Positions 25,256 through 33,459 of a stretch of DNA of 55,474 nt are shown in pieces. The stretch's first letter is position 1; each line of letters starts with the position of its first letter. This stretch comes from Burkholderiales bacterium. GTDB lineage: Bacteria > Pseudomonadota > Gammaproteobacteria > Burkholderiales > SG8-41. Both the position numbers and the translations under genes were made by a program. The notes under the pieces were generated by a model, which had not been told where the DNA came from, did no database searches, and was given only the letters and a program-made list of their open reading frames with translations. The stretch spans positions 1 to 55,474 of the forward strand of contig JBOIEM010000018.1 of NCBI GenBank assembly GCA_050741115.1. The letters run 5' to 3'.

Positions 25256-27250
25256 ATGAACATTATTCGCGTCGCGCTCGACGTCCCGGTGCCCAGGCTG
25301 TTCGATTACCGCGCACCCGATGCCTCGGCCGCCGATGTGGGGCGGCGCGTGCTGGTCCCCTTCAAGCGGAAAAACGCGTTGGGCGTGATCGTCGAGCTCG
25401 GGCACTCCACGGCGGTTCCGGCGGAGCGGCTCAAGGAGGCCGTCCGCATTCTCCGCGACCTGCCGCCGCTCGCGGCGGAGGACCTGCGATTGCTGCGGTT
25501 TTCCGCTGATTACTACCACCACCCGTTGGGCGCGGTGATCATGGGCGCATTGCCGACGCGCCTGCGGCGCGTCGCCGCCCTGCCTCGGCAGCGCGTCATG
25601 CCCCACGAAACCGCCGCGGGCGTGCCCCCCGCGGCCGCAGCGGATCCGGCCCCGGAGCTGACTCCGGAACAGGCGCGGGCCGTGAACGAGATCTGTAGCC
25701 GTCTTGGGGCGTTCCGGCCGTTTCTTCTGCTCGGGGTCACCGGCAGCGGCAAGACCGAGGTCTACCTGCACGCCATCGCCGCAACGCTCGCCGCCGGCCG
25801 GCAGGCGCTGGTGGTGGTGCCCGAGATCGCGCTCACGCCTCAACTGGAAGCCTTGATAAGAGGCCGCTTTCCGGGCACGCCGGCCGTGAGCCTGCACAGC
25901 GGGCTCGCCGAAGCCGAGCGGCTGGAGCATTGGCGGTCGGCTTCCTCCGGGCGGGCCCGCATCGTCCTCGGCACCCGGCTTGCAGTGTTCGCACCGCTGC
26001 CGGATCTCGGCCTCATCATTGTGGACGAGGAACAGGACAGCTCATTCAAGCAGGGGGAGGGTTTCCGCTATTCGGCGCGGGACCTCGCCGTGGTGCGGTC
26101 CCGGCAGCGTGGCGTGCCCGTCGTGCTCGGCTCGGCTACGCCCGCACTCGAAACCTATCACAACGCCGTCAGCGGCCGCTACGCGCTGCTCACGCTCACG
26201 CGGCGCATTGGCGCCCCGCCCCCGCGCATCGCCTGCATCGACACGCGAGGCGACCGATTGAGCGACGGACTTTCGGAGCGCCTCGTCACCGCGCTGCGCG
26301 AGTGCGTCGCGCGCGGCGAGCAGGCGCTCGTGTTCATCAACCGGCGCGGCTACGCCCCGGTGCTGATGTGCCGGTCCTGCGGCTGGATATCCGGCTGCCG
26401 GCGCTGCTCCGCGCGGCTCGTGCTGCACCTGCCGGAACGCCGACTGTGCTGCCACCATTGCGGTCACGTCTCGGCGCCTCCGGCGGCGTGCCCGGGCTGC
26501 GGCAACCCGGATCTCGCGCTGATCGGGCAGGGCACCCAGCGAGTGGAAGAGACGCTGGCGCGCCTCATCCCGCAGGCGCGCATCCTGCGCATCGACCGCG
26601 ACACGACCCGCCGGCGCCGCGCCTGGCACGCGATGCGACTGCGCATACAGGAACGCGATGTCGACGTCCTGGTCGGAACCCAGATCCTAGCCAAGGGCCA
26701 CGATTTTCCCCACCTCAATCTGGTGGGCGTACTCAATGCCGACGGCCAGCTTTACAGCAGCGACTTCCGGGCCGCCGAGCGGCTTTTCGCGCAGCTCACG
26801 CAGGTCGCCGGGCGCGCCGGACGCGGCGGCATCCAGGGGGAGGTGCTGATCCAGACCGAATTCCCGCACCATCCCCTCTACGCCGCATTGCGCAACCAGG
26901 ATTACCGCGCTTTCGCGGATGCCGCGCTCGCCGAGCGCCGGCAGGCCGGCTTCCCTCCGTTCGTCCACCAGGCGCTGCTGCGCGCCGAAGCGCCGAGACT
27001 TGCGACTGCGCTCCAGTTCCTCGGCGAGGCCGCGCGCCGCGCCCAGGCACTCGATGAACAGATCATCGCGTATGAACCCGTGCCGGCCACCCTGCCGCGG
27101 CGGGCCGGCCGCGAGCGCGCGCAATTGCTGGTCCAGTCCGCGTCACGGAGCCGCCTGCGCGGGTTTCTGGAAGCGTGGCATGACGCTTTGGCGAGCTCGG
27201 TTTCCACGCGGGCGCGCTGGTCGATCGACGTCGACCCGCTGGAGTTCTGA
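25256..27250 (+). CDS. priA: primosomal replication-restart helicase PriA
   Basis: VALDVPVPRLFDY N-terminus, GVTGSGKTEVY Walker A, DEEQD, and the Cys-rich zinc region CRSCGW..CRRC..CHHCG..CPGCG. Confidence 0.94.
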   Translation: MNIIRVALDVPVPRLFDYRAPDASAADVGRRVLVPFKRKNALGVIVELGHSTAVPAERLKEAVRILRDLPPLAAEDLRLLRFSADYYHHPLGAVIMGALPTRLRRVAALPRQRVMPHETAAGVPPAAAADPAPELTPEQARAVNEICSRLGAFRPFLLLGVTGSGKTEVYLHAIAATLAAGRQALVVVPEIALTPQLEALIRGRFPGTPAVSLHSGLAEAERLEHWRSASSGRARIVLGTRLAVFAPLPDLGLIIVDEEQDSSFKQGEGFRYSARDLAVVRSRQRGVPVVLGSATPALETYHNAVSGRYALLTLTRRIGAPPPRIACIDTRGDRLSDGLSERLVTALRECVARGEQALVFINRRGYAPVLMCRSCGWISGCRRCSARLVLHLPERRLCCHHCGHVSAPPAACPGCGNPDLALIGQGTQRVEETLARLIPQARILRIDRDTTRRRRAWHAMRLRIQERDVDVLVGTQILAKGHDFPHLNLVGVLNADGQLYSSDFRAAERLFAQLTQVAGRAGRGGIQGEVLIQTEFPHHPLYAALRNQDYRAFADAALAERRQAGFPPFVHQALLRAEAPRLATALQFLGEAARRAQALDEQIIAYEPVPATLPRRAGRERAQLLVQSASRSRLRGFLEAWHDALASSVSTRARWSIDVDPLEF

Positions 27251-27254
27251 CGTC

Positions 27255-27802
27255 AGAGCCTATCTCAATAATAGGCACGTGTGCGACGGAGGCGATGTGG
27301 GATGCAGTCTTAGGAGGATAGCCCGCAGCAATATGTCGATATTGCAAGGGTTCCCGACGACAAGATGCGCCCAGATCGCCCCGTCCCTGCGGGTTGTGGC
27401 CAGGGGCACGCGGAGGGCGGAGCAGTGCCTGCGCCGGTGGCGTAGGTGCGACCCCGGAGCGGGCCGAGCGCGCCGGATTCAATCCGCGTGCCGGTGCACG
27501 CCTTTGCGGTCGCATCCCCGCAAGCGGGCGCGTCGAGGGGCAGAAGAGGGACCCTTCTGGGATCTGACCCCCGGTGACGCGCATGGATCGGCATTCGAAG
27601 CGACGCGCCTCAATCGGCTTAACGGTCGCATCCCCCCAGGGGGCCCCTGCTCCACGTTGCGCCGATCCCTGCTCAACGCTCCGGCGCGCCGTCTGCTTTG
27701 TTGCCCGGCTTGACCCTATCGACATAGGGCCTGCGCCGTGCGCCTCGCATCCATCCCGTCCTGGCCACAACGCATCACGCGCCTATTATTGAGATAGGCT
27801 CT
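27255..27802 (+). repeat. uncharacterised 548-bp inverted-terminal-repeat element, copy A (MITE-like or structured RNA candidate)
   Basis: The termini AGAGCCTATCTCAATAATAGGC (27255-27276) and GCCTATTATTGAGATAGGCTCT (27781-27802) are perfect reverse complements. About 95% identical by hand alignment to the reverse complement of 43112..43522, plus 116-bp and 22-bp extra blocks. It fills the priA-argS spacer. Confidence 0.85.
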
Positions 27803-27832
27803 TATAATCCGCCTTTTTTCTCAGAGTCCCAG

Positions 27833-29572
27833 ATGCCGGCTTCCGTCGTCCCCGACCTGCGCTCACACCTTTCCGCGCTGTTCGAGAAAGCGATTCGGGA
27901 AGTCGCGCCCGTGCCCGTCGCGCCCAGCATCGTGCTGGAGAAGCCGCGGCAGGCCGAACACGGCGACTACGCCTGCAACGTCGCGCTGCAGCTCGCCAAG
28001 TCGCTCAAGCGCGCGCCGCGCGAGATCGCGGACCGGCTGGTGGCGGCGCTGCCGGCTTCGCCTTACCTCGAACGGGCCGAGGTGGCCGGGGCGGGCTTCA
28101 TCAATCTATTCCTCAAGCGCTCGTTCCGGCAGCAGGTCGTCAATCGCATCCTGGAAGCCGGGGCGGGCTACGGAACCTGGCAGCTGGGCGAGCACAAAAA
28201 GGTCCAGGTGGAATTCGTGTCGGCCAATCCCACCGGTCCGCTGCACGTCGGCCACGGGCGCGGCGCCGCCTACGGCGCAAGCCTCGCCAACGTTCTCGCG
28301 GCCGCCGGCTTCGACGTCAGCCGCGAGTTCTACGTCAACGACTTCGGACGGCAGATGGACATCCTGACGCTGTCGACATGGCTGCGGTATCTGGAGTTCG
28401 CCGGCGAGGCCGTATCCTTTCCGGCGAACGCCTACCAGGGGGAGTACGTGCGCTCCATGGCGCGCGCCCTCCACTCCGGGCACGGAGGGCGCTTCGGCCG
28501 CAGCGCCGGCGTCTTCAGCGCGGCGCTCGCCGAGCCCGACGAAGAGCTGCGCGTCGACGCCATGATCGAGGCCGCCAAGCGCGCGCTCGGCGCGGACTAC
28601 GACACCATTCACCGCTTCGCTCTCGAGGTGCAGCTCGCGGACTGCCGCAGCGATCTCGCCGAATTCGGGGTCACGTTCGATAAGTGGTACTCGGAGCGCT
28701 CGCTCTACGATACCGGCCGTGTCGAGCGCGCCCTGAAGCGGCTCGAGGAGCGCGGGCACCTCTACGAGCAGGACGGGGCGAAGTGGTTCCGCTCGAGCCG
28801 CTACGGCGACGAGAAGGACCGCGTGGTGCGGCGCGAGAACGGCCAGTACACCTATTTCGCTTCCGACATTGCCTACCATCTCGACAAGTTCGAGCGCGGC
28901 TTCGACATCGCGATCGACATCTGGGGCGCCGACCATCACGGCTACATGGCGCGCGTGAGGGGCGCGCTCGCGGCGCTCGGGCTCGACCCGCAGCGGCTCA
29001 CCATCGCGCTCGTCCAGTTCGCGGTGCTCTACCGCGGCGGGCAGCGGGTTCCGATGTCAACGCGCTCCGGGGAATTCGTCACGTTGCGGGAGCTGCGAAA
29101 CGAGGTCGGCAACGACGCCGCCCGCTTCTTCTACGTGCTGCGGAAGAGCGATCAGCACCTCGATTTCGATCTCGATCTCGCGAAATCGCAGAGCACCGAC
29201 AACCCGGTCTACTACGTGCAGTACGCACATGCGCGGGTGTGCAGCGTGCTCGAGCAGTGGGGAGGGCGCCCCGCGGAACTCTCCGGAGCCGACGTGTCCG
29301 CGCTCGTCTCGGAGCACGAGACCGCGTTGCTCGCCCGCCTGCTCGAATATCCGGACGCGGTGGAGAACGCGGCGCGCGATCTTGCGCCGCACCTGATCGC
29401 GTTCTACCTGCGGGAGCTCGCCGCGGCGTTCCACAGCTATTACAACGCGACGCGCCTGCTGGTGGAAGACGAGAGCGTGAAACGCGCGCGCCTCGCACTG
29501 GCCGCCGCGGTGCGGCAGGTCCTGCGCAACGGGCTCGCGCTGCTGGGTGTGTCGGCCCCCGATAGAATGTAA
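27833..29572 (+). CDS. argS: arginine--tRNA ligase
   Basis: 579 aa. FVSANPTGPLHVGHGR (HIGH), the MSTRSG (KMSKS-like) region, and a DALR anticodon-binding C-terminus. Confidence 0.95.
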   Translation: MPASVVPDLRSHLSALFEKAIREVAPVPVAPSIVLEKPRQAEHGDYACNVALQLAKSLKRAPREIADRLVAALPASPYLERAEVAGAGFINLFLKRSFRQQVVNRILEAGAGYGTWQLGEHKKVQVEFVSANPTGPLHVGHGRGAAYGASLANVLAAAGFDVSREFYVNDFGRQMDILTLSTWLRYLEFAGEAVSFPANAYQGEYVRSMARALHSGHGGRFGRSAGVFSAALAEPDEELRVDAMIEAAKRALGADYDTIHRFALEVQLADCRSDLAEFGVTFDKWYSERSLYDTGRVERALKRLEERGHLYEQDGAKWFRSSRYGDEKDRVVRRENGQYTYFASDIAYHLDKFERGFDIAIDIWGADHHGYMARVRGALAALGLDPQRLTIALVQFAVLYRGGQRVPMSTRSGEFVTLRELRNEVGNDAARFFYVLRKSDQHLDFDLDLAKSQSTDNPVYYVQYAHARVCSVLEQWGGRPAELSGADVSALVSEHETALLARLLEYPDAVENAARDLAPHLIAFYLRELAAAFHSYYNATRLLVEDESVKRARLALAAAVRQVLRNGLALLGVSAPDRM

Positions 29573-29581
29573 GATATCCGC

Positions 29582-30169
29582 ATGTCGAAGGACTACAAGC
29601 GTTTCGAACCCGAGGTTCGCAGCGGCGGCAGCCAGCTTCTCGTCGGAATCCTGATCGGGCTCGTGCTGGGTCTCGGCATCGCGGTCGGGGTCGCCTGGTA
29701 CATCAACAAGATGCCCAATCCGTTCGTCACCCGCATGCCGCCCGCGAAGCTTGAGCCCGTGAAACCCGCTCCACCCGCTTCGGCGCGAGTCGAGGACAAG
29801 ACGGCCCGCGCGCCCGATGCCAAGCCGAGGTTCGATTTCTACAAGATCCTCCCGGGAACGGAGGAGCCGGTAACGGAGCAGCAGGCCAAGGACGCGAGGA
29901 AGCAGTCAACCGCGGCAGGGAGCGAGAGGTTCTTCCTGCAGGCAGGCGCGTTCCAGAACGCGCGGGATGCAGACACCCTCAGGGCGCGGCTCGCGCTGCT
30001 CGGCATCGAGGCCCGGATCCAGACGGCAACCCTGCCGGACAGGGGCGTGTGGCACCGCGTGCGCGTGGGGCCGTACACCAGCGTCGAGGAACTCGGGCGC
30101 ACGCGCGAGACTCTGAAGCAGAACGGCATCGAAACCGCCCTCATCAAGGTGCGCGATGAGCGCCCCTGA
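29582..30169 (+). CDS. SPOR domain-containing cell-division protein
   Basis: N-terminal TM segment, a low-complexity linker, and a C-terminal SPOR fold signature (FFLQAGAFQNARDADTLRARLALLG...HRVRVGPY). Confidence 0.85.
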   Translation: MSKDYKRFEPEVRSGGSQLLVGILIGLVLGLGIAVGVAWYINKMPNPFVTRMPPAKLEPVKPAPPASARVEDKTARAPDAKPRFDFYKILPGTEEPVTEQQAKDARKQSTAAGSERFFLQAGAFQNARDADTLRARLALLGIEARIQTATLPDRGVWHRVRVGPYTSVEELGRTRETLKQNGIETALIKVRDERP

Positions 30170-30184
30170 ATTCACGGAGCACGA

Positions 30185-30847
30185 ATGAAGCTATTTGGAT
30201 GGTCCCGGCGGCTGGCAGCGTCGCTTATCGCTCTCACCCTGAGCGGCGGCGCGGCGGCGCAGCTCGCGCCGGGCAAGGACTATCAGCTGATCAACCCCGC
30301 CCAGCCCACTACCAGCGGCGCGAAGGTCGAGGTCATCGAGTTCTTCTACTACGGCTGCCCGGGCTGCAACGGCCTGCAGCCGCCGCTCCGGGCCTGGCTC
30401 AAGAAGAAGCCCGCGGACGTCGAATTCCGCCGCGCGCCGGTCGTGTTCCAGGATTCGTGGCTGCCGCTCACGACCGCTTACCATGCATTCGACGCGATGG
30501 GCGTGGTGGACAAGGTGCACTACGAGCTCTTCAGCGCGATCCACGACCAGCGGACCCTCGAGATCAAGGGGCTGATGCGCGATCCGAAGCCGCTCTTCGA
30601 CTGGGTCGAGAAGCAGGGCGTGGACCGGCAGAAGTTCATCGACGTCTTCAATTCCTTCGGCGTGCGCAGCCGGACCAACCGCTCGATCGAGCTGCCGGGA
30701 AACTATCACGTCAGCTCCACCCCGACGCTGGTGGTCGACGGCCGCTACCTCATGACGCCCGCCATGGCCGGGAGCTACCCGCGTTTCCTCGAGGTGCTCG
30801 ACCAGGTGGTCGCCATGGCGCGCAAGGAGCGCGCGGCGAGGAAGTAG
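30185..30847 (+). CDS. dsbA: thiol:disulfide interchange protein DsbA family (CPGC active site)
   Basis: Signal peptide, VIEFFYYGCPGCNGLQP thioredoxin-fold active site, and the TPTLVVDGRY cis-Pro loop region. Confidence 0.88.
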   Translation: MKLFGWSRRLAASLIALTLSGGAAAQLAPGKDYQLINPAQPTTSGAKVEVIEFFYYGCPGCNGLQPPLRAWLKKKPADVEFRRAPVVFQDSWLPLTTAYHAFDAMGVVDKVHYELFSAIHDQRTLEIKGLMRDPKPLFDWVEKQGVDRQKFIDVFNSFGVRSRTNRSIELPGNYHVSSTPTLVVDGRYLMTPAMAGSYPRFLEVLDQVVAMARKERAARK

Positions 30848-30854
30848 GCAGCCC

Positions 30855-31493
30855 GTGCGCGCCGCGCTCGCGCTGCTCGTGCTTGCCTGCGCGGTGGGCG
30901 CTTCCCACGCCCAGGACATCCGCGCCCGCCAGAACATCGAGTACCGCCTGATCGCCCCCCAGGCGATCGAGACCGGCGAGCGGATCGAGGTCATCGACTT
31001 CTTCTGGTACGGCTGTCGGTACTGCAACGAGCTGCAGCCGGCCCTCGAAAGCTGGATCCGGCGCAAGCCCGCCGACGTCGCGCTGCGCCGCGTCCCGGCG
31101 ATCCTCAGGGATTCGTGGGCGCCGCACGCCCGCATCTATTACGCGCTCGAACAGCTGGGCGAGGTCGAGCGCCTGCACCTGAGGGTGTACGAGGGCTATC
31201 ACGTCGAGTTGCTGCGGATGAGCGTGCCCGAAGTGACCGTCGAGTGGGCGGTCAAGCATGGCATTGACCGCAAACGCTGGCTCGATGCCTACCATTCCCC
31301 CGAAGTCGAAGCCAAGGTCGAACGCGCGAGGACACTCTCGGAGGCCTACACCATCGAAGTCACGCCGACGCTCGTGGTCGATGGGCGCTACCTCACGTCG
31401 GGCAGGCACGTGCCGTGCTGCGACGTGCGCGATATCATCCCGATACTCGAGGACGTGATCAGCCTCGCGCGGAAGCAGCGCAGCGCCCGCTGA
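30855..31493 (+). CDS. DsbA-family thiol:disulfide oxidoreductase paralogue (CRYC active site)
   Basis: Signal peptide (…GASHAQD), VIDFFWYGCRYCNELQP, and TPTLVVDGRY. GTG start 8 nt after the first dsbA. Confidence 0.82.
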   Translation: MRAALALLVLACAVGASHAQDIRARQNIEYRLIAPQAIETGERIEVIDFFWYGCRYCNELQPALESWIRRKPADVALRRVPAILRDSWAPHARIYYALEQLGEVERLHLRVYEGYHVELLRMSVPEVTVEWAVKHGIDRKRWLDAYHSPEVEAKVERARTLSEAYTIEVTPTLVVDGRYLTSGRHVPCCDVRDIIPILEDVISLARKQRSAR

Positions 31494-31512
31494 AGCGCGC
31501 CCAAACCGACCG

Positions 31513-33354
31513 TCACTCGACGGTTACCGATTTGGCCAGATTACGCGGCTTGTCAACGTCCGTGCCGCGCAGCACCGCTACGTGGTAGGCGAGGAGCTGC
31601 AGCGGGATGACGTGTAGAACCGGCGAGAGCGGCCCGGCGTGCTCCATGAGCCGGATGACGTGGACGCCATCGCTCGGGGCGATGCGCGCGTCGGCGTCGG
31701 CGAAGACGTAGAGCTCGCCGCCGCGAGCGCGCACTTCCTGCATGTTCGACTTCAGCTTCTCGATCAACTGGTCGTTGGGCGCCACCGTCACCACGGGCAT
31801 GCCGGAGTCCACCAGCGCGAGCGGCCCGTGCTTCAGCTCCCCGGCGGCGTAGGCTTCGGCGTGAATGTAGGAGATCTCCTTCAGCTTCAATGCGCCTTCC
31901 ATCGCGATCGGAAAGTGCGCGCCGCGCCCGAGGAAGAGCGCGTGCTGCTTCCCCTGGAAGCGGCCCGCCCAGCCGCGGACCAGAGGCTCCACTGCGAGCA
32001 CCGTTTCCATCGCGCGCGGCAGGTGGCGCAGCTGCGCAATCAGCTCCTTTTCCCGTTCGGGGGCAAGCCCGTGCCTCAGCTTGGCGAGCACCAGCGTCAG
32101 GACGAACAGGGCGGCGAGCTGCGTCGTAAAGGCCTTGGTGGAAGCCACCCCGATTTCGGGACCGGCGCGGGTGAGAAAGCGCAGGCGCGAAGACCGCATC
32201 AGGGATGATTCGGGGGAATTGCACACGGTGAGCGTGTCGGCAAGGCCCCGTTCCTGGGCGTGCTTCAACGCCGCGATCGTGTCCGCCGTCTCGCCCGATT
32301 GCGATATCGTCACGACCAGCGTTCCCGGCCGCATCACCGGGTCGCGGTAGCGGAACTCGCTCGCGATCTCGACCGCCGCGGGCACACCGGCGATCGCCTC
32401 GAGCCAGTAGCGCGCCACAAGGCCGGCGTGATAGCTCGTGCCGCAGGCGAGCAGCAGCACCTGGTTCGCGCGGGCGAGGACGGCCTCCGCCTCCGCGCCG
32501 AAGAGGTTCGGCTGCAGCGATTGCGCGTTCGCGACCATCTCGAGCGTGTTCGCGACCGCGCCGGGCTGCTCGAAGATCTCCTTCTGCATGTAGTGCGCGT
32601 GGCGGCCCTTCTCGACCGCGTCGGCGGCGAGCTCGCTCCTCGTCGTCGGGCGCTGCGCGGAATGGCCGCCGTGGTCGCGGATGATGACGCCGCCGGGCCG
32701 CACCTCTACGACGTCACCTTCCTCAAGGTAGATCACATCGCGCGTCCGCGCGAGCAGCGCCGCCGCGTCGGAGGCGAGGAAATTCTCGCCCTGCCCAAGC
32801 CCGACGAGCAGCGGCGAGCCCTTGCGCGCGCCGACGACGACACCCGGCTCGCGGCTCGAAATGAATCCGACCGCGTACGCACCCTCCCATTCCCGGCTCG
32901 CCGCCAGGACCGCTTCGAACAGCGGCATGCCGCCGGCAACCAGGGAGTGCACGTGGTGCACCATCACCTCAGTATCCGTTTCCGAGCTGAACACATAGCC
33001 GAGCGCCTTCATCCGCGCGCGTATCGGCTCGTGGTTCTCGACGATTCCGTTGTGGACGATGCCGATCTCGACCCCGCCGCGTGCCGAGAAATGGGGGTGG
33101 GCGTTGGCCTCGGTCGGCGCGCCATGCGTCGCCCACCGCGTGTGCGACAGTCCCGTGCTGGCCTTGAGGCCGCGCTCGCGGGCAAGCTCATCGAGGCGCG
33201 CGACCCGTCCGGTCGATCGCAACCGCTCGAGGTGGCCGTCGGCTATGTAGGCGATACCGGTCGAGTCGTAGCCGCGATACTCGAGCCTGCGGATGCCCTC
33301 GATAAGAAGGTCGACCACGTTGCGCGTGGATGCCGCGCCGACGATGCCGCACAT
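31513..33354 (-). CDS. glmS: glutamine--fructose-6-phosphate aminotransferase
   Basis: MCGIVGA N-terminal nucleophile Cys, SIS domains, and the C-terminus ...[10 protein letters not shown] trimmed the start to the ATG at 33354; the ORF track extends into the heptamer repeat. Confidence 0.95.
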   Translation of the reverse strand: MCGIVGAASTRNVVDLLIEGIRRLEYRGYDSTGIAYIADGHLERLRSTGRVARLDELARERGLKASTGLSHTRWATHGAPTEANAHPHFSARGGVEIGIVHNGIVENHEPIRARMKALGYVFSSETDTEVMVHHVHSLVAGGMPLFEAVLAASREWEGAYAVGFISSREPGVVVGARKGSPLLVGLGQGENFLASDAAALLARTRDVIYLEEGDVVEVRPGGVIIRDHGGHSAQRPTTRSELAADAVEKGRHAHYMQKEIFEQPGAVANTLEMVANAQSLQPNLFGAEAEAVLARANQVLLLACGTSYHAGLVARYWLEAIAGVPAAVEIASEFRYRDPVMRPGTLVVTISQSGETADTIAALKHAQERGLADTLTVCNSPESSLMRSSRLRFLTRAGPEIGVASTKAFTTQLAALFVLTLVLAKLRHGLAPEREKELIAQLRHLPRAMETVLAVEPLVRGWAGRFQGKQHALFLGRGAHFPIAMEGALKLKEISYIHAEAYAAGELKHGPLALVDSGMPVVTVAPNDQLIEKLKSNMQEVRARGGELYVFADADARIAPSDGVHVIRLMEHAGPLSPVLHVIPLQLLAYHVAVLRGTDVDKPRNLAKSVTVE

Positions 33355-33361
33355 AACTTCA

Positions 33362-33393
33362 GGGATGAGGGATGAGGGATGAGGGATGAGGGA
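33362..33393. repeat. heptanucleotide tandem repeat (GGGATGA)x4 plus GGGA
   Basis: Read directly: gggatga gggatga gggatga gggatga ggga. It lies 8 nt upstream of the glmS ATG, so the mRNA strand reads (UCAUCCC)n. Confidence 0.95.
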
Positions 33394-33459
33394 AAACCAC
33401 GGCACGCTGGATCAATGGTCGGCGCGCCCTTACTTGCAACCCTGCCCACCCCGAACCCT

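Noticed and set aside
24910-25263. 117-aa minus-strand ORF that exactly spans the hemE-priA spacer.
   Set aside because: Its third-codon positions are heavily A/T-ending (cta, gtt, caa, tat, gat, ata, tta), unlike the GC3-rich real genes here. It overlaps both neighbours' ends and has no recognisable motif. The region is better explained as non-coding (AT-rich tract plus DnaA boxes).
27310-27594. 94-aa ORF inside element copy A and its 76-aa counterpart inside copy B (43237..43467). They share the frame ...ACGDATAKACTGTRIESGALGPL.GRTYATGAGTAPPSACPW.QPAGTGRSGRILSS..LAISTYCC..SS.
   Set aside because: Between the two copies I count about 5 amino-acid-changing codon differences against 2 synonymous ones. 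The N-termini differ because of the indel. There is no Shine-Dalgarno, and the sequence is low-complexity. The shared frame is what two 95%-identical DNA copies would give anyway. The same applies to 27574..27792. Too few substitutions exist for a formal test, so this is a provisional rejection.
27255-27802. The idea that the repeated element is an ORF-less group II intron. A GTGTG pentamer follows the first terminal hairpin, and class C introns insert after hairpins.
   Set aside because: I could not find a domain V-like 34-nt hairpin with the AGC triad, nor a domain VI bulged A, near the 3' end. At 411 bp it is too short for a group II intron core. The two ends are inverted copies of each other, which introns are not.
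27803-27808. Perfect TATAAT hexamer immediately after element copy A, 25 nt before the argS ATG. It could be an element-borne outward promoter.
   Set aside because: The only TTGAGA-like -35 candidate (27789-27794) is 8 nt away, which is the wrong spacing. Copy B has no equivalent hexamer at its end. This can only be tested by transcription-start mapping.
31509-31524. 6-bp hairpin ACCGTC-actc-GACGGT at the convergent dsbA-paralogue/glmS junction, as a possible bidirectional terminator.
   Set aside because: The stem is short, there is no flanking T/A tract, and it overlaps the glmS stop codon. The evidence is insufficient.
33362-33393. Whether the tandem repeat could be a CRISPR array or part of the glmS coding sequence. 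The ORF track extends glmS through it as [12 protein letters not shown].
   Set aside because: A 7-nt unit with no spacers is a simple-sequence repeat and not a CRISPR array. GlmS requires Cys as residue 2 after Met removal (MCGIVG), which fixes the start at 33354, downstream of the repeat.
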